Assembly (NCBI RefSeq): GCF_000143415.4
Contig: NW_003314291.1
Coordinates: 1,158,517 to 1,222,516, forward strand
Direction of reading: 5' to 3'
Length of the DNA: 64,000 nt
Origin: Selaginella moellendorffii
Lineage: Eukaryota; Plantae; Lycopodiophyta
This document shows, piece by piece, positions 1 through 10,397 of the stretch (within the stretch, counting starts at the first letter, position 1; every line of letters starts with the position of its first letter). The notes beneath the pieces were generated by a model. The model was given only the letters and a program-made list of their open reading frames with translations, had not been told where the DNA came from and did no database searches. The translations under genes and the position numbers were made by a program.

Positions 1-192
1 TCAACTAAATAGACACTTAGGAATTCCTTCCTTATGCTCATCCGGCCAAGTACAGATGCAAAGTCCAGTTTACTAACACTTGAACAAGAGGGGCTGATAA
101 AAGGAACCAGCAATACCGACCTCCTGCCATCGTGGCAGTAAGGTAAGAGTTGTCGTAAGGACTAGCCGACAAGTAACTTTTGATACCTAAAG

Positions 193-3100
193 TCATATTC
201 GCGACAGACGAGAAGGATAGCGGCGGTGGAAGTCCTGAACAAGGTCAGGAAAATGAATCAGGTTGTCTGCATGTTCCCAAGTGTGTTCCTCAGGTCTGTA
301 ACCCTTCCAATCTACCAGATAGTAGAGTTTAGACCGTGAGATCTTGGAATCAAGGATGTCCTGGACCTCATACTCAGACCCATCCTCGAGTTGCATTGGT
401 GGAGGTGGAGGAATGACCTGATCTGGAATAGGATTGGGAATATAAGGCTCAAGGAGAGAGGAGTGAAAAATGGGGTGAATTTGATATGAGGAGGGAAGTG
501 CAAGGCGATAAGTGACAGGATTAATAATGGCAGTGATAGGGAAAGGACTGAGGCGTTTGAAATCGAGTTTGGGACATGGCCTAGTGGTGGAGATATTTCA
601 CCTGAGGAGCTAGACTTTATCCCCGATATTGTAAGGGGGACAATCCTGACGATGGACATTGGCAAATGTTTTGTGAGATTCCTAAGCACGATGAAGGTGG
701 AAGGAGATGGAGTTGTGGATTTCCTGGAGGTTGGAGACAAATGCCTCAGAGCGGGGATTTGAATGAGAGGATTCAGATGGAGAAGGAAGTGAGAGATTGA
801 ATCGGGGATTCTGGCCAGAGTTTGCAAAGAAGGGGGAAACTCGAAGGGAGGAGTGAACAAAATTGTTATATGAGAACTCAGCAAGGGGAAGGATATTGAA
901 CCAGTCATCCTGATGATAGTTGATGAAGCACCTCAGGAATTGTTCCAACGTCTAAATCGTTCGCTCGGACTATCCATTAGTTTGAGGATGATACGCCGAA
1001 GAGAGGTTGGCCTTCATTCCAAGCAGCTGCAAGAATCATTGCCAAAAATGAGAGATGAATTGAGGTCCCCGATTCGAAACCACATTTGCAGGAATCCTAT
1101 GAAGTCGGAAAATTTCCCTGAATACCAGTTTTGCCATGTCCTCGCCCGAAAACTCCTTGGTACACGGCAGGAAGTGTGCCATCTTTGTGAAGTGATCCAC
1201 CACGACTAAAATGCTGTTGAAGCCTCTAGAACTCGGAAGATCACTCAAGAAATCCATGGAGATGGATTCCCAAGGACTTGAAGGGACCGGGAGGGAACGA
1301 AGCAAACCTGAAGGAAGGTGGCAAGGTACTTTGTTTTGAGCACAAGTGTCACAAGAGGTAACAAAAGCTTTGATGTAGTCGTCCATGTGAGGCCACCAAA
1401 AGTCCCGTGCAACCAGCTCATAGGTTTTCGCAATGCCGAAGTGACCAGCAGTCGGGCTATCGTGGCACGCCATCAGAACCAACCTTCGAGCATCACCTTC
1501 AGGAACGTAAAGTTGCTCCCCACGGTACAACAAGCCATCTAAGAACTCAAGCTCGTCAAATCGCCGGCAGTCGGGAGTCACTGGGTGTCCAGCCTGAAGA
1601 TGGGGGAAAATGTCGCTGGCAAGGTCGTTGGATTGAAGATCATTTCTGATCACATCTATCAAAGAGGAGTCCTGAGGGGCTAGGGAAATTGCCATAACTT
1701 GAAGTTGATCAGGACCGAGGATAACTTAATCCTGTTGATCGAAGGCAAGATTACCAGGCCTAAGACTGAGATAATAGCGCTTTGAAAGAGCATCAGGAAG
1801 GCTTTAAAGCTTTCCAGGTCTGTACTTGATAACAAAGTCAAATTGACTCAGAAATTGGGCCCACCTTGCCTGACAACGGCTCAAAACTTAGGAAGTGGCA
1901 AAGTACTTGAGATTTTTATGATCCGTCTAGACCATTGTTTGATGGCTTACCCCCTCCAAGAAACGATGCCACTCTCCAAAGGAATCCACGATGGCAAGGA
2001 GCTCTTTGTCGTGGATTTTGTAATTGATCTCCGCAGGCTGGAATTTTTGAGAATGGAAAGTGACTGGATGAAATTTCTAATCCGCTCCGAGTTGAGACAG
2101 CATAGCACCGATGGCAAAGTCGGAGGCATCAACATTGATGAAGAAAGGTTGGGAGGGATCAGCATGGATCAAGACGGGAGTAGAACCGAAGGCCACCTTG
2201 AGTGTGTCGAAGGCCTGTTGGGCAATAGCAGACCAAGAGAAGGGAACATCCTTGCGAGTGAGATGCATGAGAGGAAGGACAATATCAGAGTAGTGATCAA
2301 TGAATTTGCGGTAAAAGTTGGCAAAGCCAAGGAAAACCTGAACGTCCGACATTGATTGTGGAGGCTCCCATTCGAGAATAGTCTTGACTTTGGCAAGATT
2401 CATCATGATACCCTCAGGAGTGACAATGTACCCAAGGAACTCCACAGACTTCTGATCGAAGGAACATTTCTCAAGCTTCGCGTATAGGCCGTGTTCCCGC
2501 AGCTTCGCCAGCACCTTGCGCACATGCTCGTCATGCTCCTCCTGAGTTTTTGAGTAGATGAGGATGTCGTCAAGGTAGACGATCACCATCTGATCAAGAA
2601 ACTCCCGAAAGACATCGTTTGCCATGTGTTGGAAAACTACTGGAGCATTTGTCAAGCCAAATGGCATGACAGTGTACTCGAAGTGGCCATAGCGGGTTCG
2701 GAACGCAATCTTCCATTCATCGCCAGGCCGGATCCGGATTAGGTTGTATGCTCCACGGAGGTCGATCTTGGTGAAGAAGCGGGCACCGCCGAGGCGTTCC
2801 AACAGGTCCGAGATCAGGGGCAGCGGATAACGGTTCCGAACAGTCACCTTGTTCAAACCTCGGTAGTGGATGACTAGCCGCAAACTCCCATCCTTCTTCT
2901 TCACAAAGAAGACAGGCGCTCCAGCCAGGGACTGCAAATGCTGAATGTACCCCGAGGCAAGGTTCTCATCTACGTACTCTTTGAGGGCCTTAAGCTCAGA
3001 CAGGGATAACCCGTAGATAGGCCCCCACGGAGGTGATGCTCCTTCCTATAAATCAATGGGACAGTCATAAAGCTGATGAATAAGTAGTACACTAGCTTTT

Positions 3101-3882
3101 TTCTTATCAAACACATCCCCAAAATCATGATACTTCTTAGGAAGACTGACAAGAGAAACATGCAAAGCAAAAAGGACAATAGGGTCTTCATGAAGAAGTT
3201 CTTTCATAGTGATTGTGGAGATAGGAGGAGGTGTACGACTAAATGGAATGATGAGACAAGGATACTATCCAGTGTAAGATGGAGAGGGAAAAGAAGAGGG
3301 TGAAAACTTGGTAAAGTCAGGAATAGAACCCCAATTTGAGTTTAGGGAACTTTTCCTGATTCGGACTTGATGAACAACAGGGGAAGCTATGGGAGATGGT
3401 GATGTGGGAGAGACGAACTGTAATTCCTTCCAACAGATCTGAGGCTGGTGTAGTTGGAACCAAGGAAGGCCGAGCACCACAGAGGAGGATTTGTTGTTAA
3501 TGATGTTGAAGGCGATATCGGTGACGGTGGACCCGATGTGTACTCGAACGGGCAATGTTTCTCTAAGTCCAGAAGATGGAGACACAAAATGCCCGCCAAT
3601 GCCTTCAACCCTCAGATCCCGTATGGTAGGAGAAAGAGGAATGTGATGTTGGGTGGCAAAGTCCATGTCCATGAAGCAGGAAGTTGCACCCGAGTCTAGT
3701 AGCGCTAGAGTCTTGAGTCCTAATTATCTGGTGAAAGAAAGGAGACATGGGATGCAGAAGTTGCGGGAATTGGTGGTGGCTTTGATGAAAGGTGGTGAGG
3801 AGCTTGATAAAGAAGAAAAGTGATTTTTATTCGGGGAGTCCAAACAGACAGCTCCTACTCTGTTTGGACAGGGTTGTTTCCC
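193..3882 (-). pseudogene. pol: Pol (PR-RT-RH-IN-chromodomain), broken by stops and frameshifts
   Basis: ORF pieces 3724-3948, 3265-3672, 2077-2937, 1036-1695, 682-948 and 193-396 carry successive pol motifs. Confidence 0.88.
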
Positions 3883-4826
3883 GATTGCAACAGAGGTGGA
3901 CCTTGAGGCAGAGTGTACTCGAGCAGTCGGGGAGGCTTCTTGGGACACACAACTACTTTGTGATTAGAATCAGCACAGTAAAGGCAAAGATTATGAGATA
4001 TTCGACGTTGCTTCTCAACAGGACTCAACTTCCCTCTGATGAGTCGGGGAGTACCAGAAATATCCATCGGGACCGGAGTAGTAGGTTCATGAGTATGCCT
4101 CGAAGACTCAAGCTGGGATTCCTGAGTCTGGGACGGGAAAACGGTGGCACGGCGACTTTTCTGACGACGTTCAAAGAGACGATTGTCGCATCGAACAGCT
4201 TTGTTGATGGCATCTGACAGGTACGTGAAATCCTCCATGGTGAGCAACAAATCCTTGACACCGTTGTTGAGGCCGAAACAAAATTGATCAATCAAGGCCC
4301 GCTCATCCCACTGAGTGTCCAAGGCAAGGAGTTGGAACTCTGCAGCATAGATTGAGGCAGGACGAGACCCTTGAGAGAGACATCTTATTTTTGTGGTGGT
4401 AGCCCGAACCCGATCCGTCTTGCCAAAACATACTTCGAGCTTCTTTTTGAACAACTGAAGATCCATCAGCTCCGAAACCACGACCCCTTTCATGCTCTTC
4501 TCCAGGAGAGGAGAAAACCATGACAAAGTTGCACCTTCGAGCAACGTCCCAATCGCACCGATTTGAGACTCGGGAGTGGGGTACCGCCGATGTTGAAGTG
4601 CGAAAATCAGCTCCATCTGGTTCAGGAATCCGCGAAGCTCCGAACGCTTGCCTGAAAATTTTGTCGAGAAACTCACCTTCGGTTCAGGAACTTTGCTGGA
4701 TCCTTGAGCCGAAAGTGAAGCAAGCTCCTGCTGCATGCGAAGAAGAGTCGCCTTCAACTTGGTATTCTTAGACTGGATTTTTGCAAGGACTTCGGCAAAG
4801 AAATCAAGATGGCTTGGAGACTCCAT
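3855..4826 (-). CDS. gag: Gag (PEG10/RTL-like capsid with CCHC zinc knuckle)
   Basis: ORF from MESPSHLDF; PEPKVSF..FSGKRSELRGFLNQ, LSQGSRPASIYAAEF, CLYCADSNHKVVVC. Confidence 0.88.
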   Translation of the reverse strand: MESPSHLDFFAEVLAKIQSKNTKLKATLLRMQQELASLSAQGSSKVPEPKVSFSTKFSGKRSELRGFLNQMELIFALQHRRYPTPESQIGAIGTLLEGATLSWFSPLLEKSMKGVVVSELMDLQLFKKKLEVCFGKTDRVRATTTKIRCLSQGSRPASIYAAEFQLLALDTQWDERALIDQFCFGLNNGVKDLLLTMEDFTYLSDAINKAVRCDNRLFERRQKSRRATVFPSQTQESQLESSRHTHEPTTPVPMDISGTPRLIRGKLSPVEKQRRISHNLCLYCADSNHKVVVCPKKPPRLLEYTLPQGPPLLQSGNNPVQTE

Positions 4827-4925
4827 CGGCAAAGAAGAAAGAAAAAAAAGGGGGAAAAAGGCAAAGGCAGTCAAACAATCAAAACGAACTAAAGCAAAAA
4901 TGAAAAAACACAATCTGAATCAAAC

Positions 4926-5286
4926 TGTCAAGACCCTCAACAAGATCAAGATTGGAAAATGCAAAAGACAAAGAGAAAAGATAGAGGAGATGAAGAAGAG
5001 GCCTTAGACTGGCATTGATTCAGATTGTGGAGAAATGGAACAAAGCTAACCTATATATATTATAGGTTGATAAAGCTCCACCACTCTTGGATCGAAGACG
5101 GCCTAAATATAGTTGAGGTCGAGGAAGCGCCACGTCATCATTAGGAATGTGGCTCGAGACTCAAGAATCATATGGGAAATCAGAGAGTCAGGAATAGGGA
5201 AGTGTCTCAAGACTCAGGAATGTGGTCTGCAGGTCAGGAATCCGGCAAAAGTCAGGAATGTGGCAAGAATTGGGGGATTCCTAACA
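4926..5286 (-). repeat. 5' LTR (361 bp) of the Tcn1-like element
   Basis: TG..CA termini on the minus strand, TATA-like TATAATATATATA at ~5064-5052, TGACGTGGC bZIP-type motif at 5137-5129, several TCAGGAAT(GTGG) sub-repeats in U3. The partner LTR is not in the window, so the boundaries rest on termini and context. Confidence 0.75.
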
Positions 5287-6190
5287 GTCTAAATCTTCCT
5301 TTCTTTATAGCTTTTCCAATTTCTTCTCTGTTATTTTTCTTTAACTTTGGAGCAGCAGTTAGTGCAATTATTCAATGCTATGTGGTTATAATTGAATAAT
5401 CAAACTCAATCGATAGCAATATTCATAGCATGTGATACAACTCCTCATGCTCTTGGTACTAATCCTTGCATTTGGCCGGAGTTCTTCTGTGGGAGTCCTG
5501 GAGATGATATGTACCATTAATTTGATCAATTTATAGCACATATTATTCTTGGGATAATGCTCAACAATTGTGTAAGTTTCCCACATGTCTCCAAAAGACA
5601 GTGTTACAGTGGTATAATGGTTTAAATGTAGCAACTCATGAGGATTAGAGCATTCTTCTAAATGTCTTCGTGCATTTAGACATGTTGATGATTGTAATAA
5701 TGCCTTTCAACAATTACATCATTTTTATCTAAGGCTATATGAGCCAGTGATGCAATTTGGTGTTTGTTTTTTACTTTATGCCAAATATATCAAAGAAGAT
5801 CAAATTAGGAATGTTGTGGCTAACACTTTGTAGAGATCTTGTAAAATTTGTATATGTACTTACTTTAACCACCCTAGACAATACTCTTCACTTGGCATAA
5901 TATTATGAAATGTCACCTCTTTCATTTCTCATTACATGTCCTTCAACTCCACTTCCTATAAAAGATAGTTATGTTTCAATGGAGGTGGATGTTATTGCTG
6001 CCTAAGTTCAAAAACAAAGATGAAGGCATAGTTATAACCATAATGTCTATTGTTAGGCATGTGATAAAAGGGGTTACACTTATCAATATTGTTGATATTT
6101 TTGGAGTGGTGACTTTCATTTCCTGGATAGAGACTTTATATCTTGTTAGTGTTGTTATAGTAAAAAGTCTAAACATTGAGATGCTTATAA
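5287..6190 (+). mobile_element. Decayed leader + gag fragment of the tRNA-Ala-primed gypsy family
   Basis: Aligns by eye with 57965-58950, e.g. tgatacaactcctcatgctcttggtactaatc versus tgatacaactcctcctgctcttggtgccaatc. Confidence 0.8.
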
Positions 6191-6199
6191 GAAATGACA

Positions 6200-7323
6200 A
6201 GAGTCAGAACATCCACAGCACCAAGAATTTCTTCAATCGAATGTCAGAGCAAAGCTTCGCATCCTGGAATCTGATGATCACCGCCTACTTGCACAACAGC
6301 CAAGTGAAACCTGCCAAGAGCCTCTTCAATCAAAACCCAGCCAAGAACCTCCTCCTCTACAACGCAATGCTCACAACCTACGCCCAAAACAGGTGCCACG
6401 CCCTCCCGATCGAGCTCTTTGACTCGATGCCGTGCAGAGATCTCATCTCCTAATGCAATGCTCTCCGCGCTCATGAACTCTAGCCCTATCGATCAAACCA
6501 AAGATTTCTTCGATCTAATTCCCGAGAAGATCGTTGCATGGAATACGATGCTCACAACATATGCCGACAATGGGCATCTGGAAATGGCGATTTCCATGTT
6601 CGATTCGATGGGCCATCATGATATCGTGTCCTACACTGCCATGGTCACTGCGTATGGATCGAGCGGCCAGATAGAACACGCAAGAATAGTGTTTGATTCA
6701 TCACCCCAGAAAGACGTGGTTTTATCAACTGCCATGCTCGCAGCATATGCCCATTTAGGGTTCTTGGCAGAAGCTAGCACAATTTTCCAATCTATGCGAG
6801 AGCATAATCACGTGGAATTCTATGTTAGCTGCTCACGCATTGAGCAGCACAATCGAGAAAACGCAGTGGATTTTCGATTTGATGCCGGTAAGAGATACAG
6901 TGTCTTGGAATTTGATGCTCAGCGCGGCTTGGTCATCTGGAGAAAGCGATTTCCTTCTTTGCGACAATGCCAATGCCACACGCAGTCCCAGATCGCGTCG
7001 TGCCCTGGAACACGATGCTCGCGGCGCACGGAACCAGCTGCCAGGACCCCGAGAATCTCCTGTGGGCCGCGAATTTGCAAGGTGTGGCCCCGGATGCCGT
7101 CTCCTTCGTCTCGATTTTGGGGGCGTTTGGCCACACCGGGGACGTGGATTCCGGCTGGAGCTACCTCGTGTCGATGCGCAGCGATTACTCGATCCAGCCG
7201 GAGAAGCTCCACTTTGGGTGCATGGTGGCGAGCTGGGAACTTCGATTTCGCCCGAGATCTCTCCTTGACAACATGCCATTCGTTCCAGGGATCGAGCAAT
7301 TGAGCTGCCTGACACTGTTCTAG
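6200..7323 (+). pseudogene. PLS-class PPR pseudogene
   Basis: PPR motifs (SWNLMITAY, AWNTMLTTY, SYTAMVTAY, PDAVSFVSILGAFGH, HFGCMV, MPFVP) split across three frames. Confidence 0.8.
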
Positions 7324-7449
7324 AGCCAAACAAATTAGATTTCGTCCAGGAACTTCCAGAGATCGAGCAATTGAGCTATGACGCAATCGCCCATCTCGAG
7401 ATCTAGACTAGACACTTGGAAGAAACAAAGATCTTCCTCCTTGGTCCTT

Positions 7450-8001
7450 TCAAAGGGCTGTCTCTTCGCTCTTCGGAGCACTGGCCGCCTCGACTCTCTC
7501 CTGGACAGCATCCACAGCCTTGTCTTGGACGCTGCTTTTCCCCTTGAGATCCTCGGCCGCGGCCTTGAGCTCTCCCGCCGCGGCCTCTTTCTTCTCTGGA
7601 GCAACGTCGACCTCTCTCGACTGATAAGTGTGGAGATAATCCTCGGCCTTCTTCACGTAGTTCCCAAACGGCGTGCCTTCGAGCTTGCCGTAGTGTGAGG
7701 CGCCCTGGAGAATGTCCTCGGCAGCGTCGGCGAGCTTGGCAGTGTCCATACCCCCACCACCGCCTTCCTTCTTAGCTCCTGCTCCTCCCATTTGCTGCTT
7801 CGCGGCGTCTAGAAGAACGTTGGCACTTCCCATAAGCTCCGAGTAGCTTGGAACTTCGCCGCTGGTCTTCTTTGCCTCCCCCGTGCTGCTCTTCTTTGGC
7901 TCCTCCGTGCCTGATCCATGGCCTGCTTCTTCCGTCTTTGGCTTCTCGCTCTCCTTGTCTCCGCTGAGAAAGGATCCTGCCTGCTTCTTGAAGAAATCCA
8001 T
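7450..8001 (-). CDS. Nodulin-related protein 1/2 (NRP)-like hydrophilic stress protein
   Basis: 183 aa intronless ORF with SYSELMGSANVLLDAA...DTAKLADAAEDILQGASHYGKLE...YVKKAEDYLHTY, typical of the NRP1 family. Confidence 0.8.
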   Translation of the reverse strand: MDFFKKQAGSFLSGDKESEKPKTEEAGHGSGTEEPKKSSTGEAKKTSGEVPSYSELMGSANVLLDAAKQQMGGAGAKKEGGGGGMDTAKLADAAEDILQGASHYGKLEGTPFGNYVKKAEDYLHTYQSREVDVAPEKKEAAAGELKAAAEDLKGKSSVQDKAVDAVQERVEAASAPKSEETAL

Positions 8002-8089
8002 AGAGGAAAAAAAGAAATGTGAGTAGACAAAGAGAAGATGAACCGAGAAGAAGAACCGAGGCTAAACTGTCGATGACACTCTCCAGTGG

Positions 8090-8335
8090 ATAATTTTATA
8101 GAGTCCGGGAAAACGAGTAAAGGGACACGATTTTTTACGCGTTGGGGCCCAAACGGGATCACTATCCTCCTGTGAAGAAAGATGGACGAGGTAAATGTGA
8201 CAGAGAAAAAAAGATATATACAAAACTGCCCCACCGACAAGTGCCACCCAGACTCCGATTTGGATGCACCACCAAAGATTTTTATCAAGCCGCTGTGGTT
8301 TGATTCGTCACAGTGACTTACAAAACACGTCGGAG
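8090..8335 (-). promoter_or_regulatory. Putative stress-responsive promoter of the NRP-like gene
   Basis: TATAAAAT at ~8099-8092 (minus), ACGCGT at ~8137, DRE core ACCGAC at 8233-8238, ABRE-like ACGTGT at 8330-8325. These are short motifs and could occur by chance. Confidence 0.35.
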
Positions 8336-8713
8336 AACTATAGTACAAAGCTTTCGAGTCTTATTTCGTGCTGCTACCTTGTCTGCCAAAGAAAAGAAGA
8401 GTTTAGCATAAAAGAAATGGAAAAAATTGTCATACCAGGTAATGAATTGTCTCGCTCCAGTTAAGAACTCTGTATCTGCAAAGAGAGAGAAGTCAACCAG
8501 GGAATCGTGAATCAAAAACATGTCCTTCAGCCACGCCAATTCCTCATACGACTGGTCCGTATTCTAGTTACACGAGCACTGCTCCAACCGGTTCCAAGAC
8601 TGGGAGCAACGACGTGCAACGTCAACGGGCAGCGCAGTGAGATTACTAAATTATGCATCATAGGACCGAACCACTAGAAGGAAAAAAAAGTAAAGCGAAC
8701 TTACATTGAGAGC

Positions 8714-10068
8714 TTAGAAGTTTAAGATGATCTTCTCTTGTGGAACCCCTTCGGCCGAAAGTAGATCAGTCACATCCTGCAATAAAAACATCACAGTGAA
8801 GGTAGGGCAAAGGGAAACAAAAAATCTCTACCTTGACCATGCCCTTGTGGCCACAAAGAAAAGTAACAACTTGAGAGGAATCTGGAATACTTATGTTCTT
8901 CGAAAAGGCTGCCTGTGGCACAATAAAGCGAAGTAAAATGAGAGATGGAGTAAAAGAGAAAACAATGAATCATGTCTACAACAATGACCATAAAAGTACC
9001 TGGACATATCCTGATTCGCCCATCCAGCTCCCATCAGGCTGCGAGAGCACGGGAATTATGCTCACGCCGCTTGCCTCCCACTCTTTGAACTTGTCCTATC
9101 GTAGAAATAAGTGAGAATCGACAACCGAAAAAGAAACAAAAGAAGAGTACCCGATATGCCATTCTCTCAAGACTCCTTGCTCCATAGTAAAGCCTCACAT
9201 CGCTCCTCCTGTTCGCGTCAATTCCGGCCTCTATAAGTGATCGAATCGGACTGTCCTGAAAAAAAAAGGAACCATACGTAAACCATCCCAAAAGATAGAG
9301 AAAAAACGAGTGGAAAGAAGGAACATCATGTCTACGCAAACTATCCCAAGAAATGAAAGAACAAGAGAGTGGAAAGAAGGAAGAAAATCCCTACGTAAGA
9401 ACAGATACGAGTGGAAAAACATGTCTACCATCCCAAGAGATAGCGAAGAGCAAGAACAAAAAAAAAAAAGAAAAAAAGAATGGAAACGGAAGAAAAAAGA
9501 AGAAGAAATCACGTTACCTGATACCAGAGCCAGTCGCGAAGAACAGCACAGTCTGGAACTTCTCTGGAGGATAGAGCTGGTCGATATCGAAACCTTTGCC
9601 CATCACTTGGCTCAAATCCACCTTATCTCCCTTGGCCAGATCGCACAGCACAGCCGAGGTAGTGCCCTCCACATCCTTGACAAGGAACTCCAAGAATCCC
9701 TTGGCAGCGGTGGAAGGCGGCGAAGCGATGGCGAAGAATCCCGGCTTGTGCTCCTCCTTTTTCATCTGGACGAATTGCCCCGGCTTGGAGTGACCCTTCT
9801 GGAGCTCGGGATTCCGGCCAATGTCGAGCACGATGTGGAAGAGTTGCTCCGCCGCTGGAGCAATCTCGACCAGCGGCGCCGACGTCCACAGCACTTCCTG
9901 CTTCCATTGCGCCCTAACGACGAATCTCACCCGCGCGGAGGATGATTTCTTGGACAGCGTCGAGCAGTACCTTTTGGCGAAACGCAAGCTCGGCGCCGCC
10001 GCCGTCGCCGCTGCCATCGCCATGGGATTTCCTAGGGCGAGTACCTGCGGCGCTCGCAATACCGCCAT
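8714..10068 (-). CDS. FAD/NAD(P)-binding FNR-like oxidoreductase (fruit protein pKIWI502-like), probably plastid-targeted; 5 exons
   Basis: Exons 10068-9518, 9250-9151, 9095-9000, 8912-8832 and 8776-8714 splice in frame through GT-AG introns. Motifs PGQFVQ, FFAIASPP, FATGSGISPIRSLIE, LYYGAR, LCGHKGM, C-terminal ILNF. Confidence 0.9.
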
Positions 10069-10397
10069 TGCCAGGAACCCTAAATTCCCAAATTTTGGGA
10101 GGCCTTTAAAAATGCCCTTCTTGGGCATTTGCAACACGTACGGATCCTCAAGCTGGGAGATCTTCTTTGGGCATAGAATCGAACACTTGTCTAAAGTAAA
10201 GAAGCATATCTTGTGCGCAGATATACAGTAATATGTTTTTTCCTGACAATATTCGTTCATGAAAATAGAACGTTCTTCTAGCTTCTAAATGCCCAGCTTG
10301 GGCATTTTCATTATCCCATGTTGACTTTTGCGTTGACATAGTTGACTTTTCATTGACTTACATTGAAAAAGTGGCTAAGAGATTCTCTCTTCTTGCG

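Larger units (their letters stand above)
1..5286 (-). mobile_element. Ty3/gypsy chromovirus LTR retrotransposon, Tcn1/Tf1-sushi-like, decayed; 3' LTR lies outside the window
   Basis: Minus-strand order gag (CCHC) - PR (LLDSGAT) - RT (YLDDILI) - RNase H (DASDFAIGA) - IN (HDSPTAGH..CDTC, ISMDF) - group I chromodomain (YEVQDILD..YLVDWKGY..TWE). 5' LTR TGTTAG...TTGACA at 5286-4926. Confidence 0.93.

Noticed and set aside
9310-9945. 211-aa Lys/Glu-rich plus-strand ORF
   Set aside because: It is antisense to exon 1 and the pyrimidine-rich intron of the FNR-like gene.
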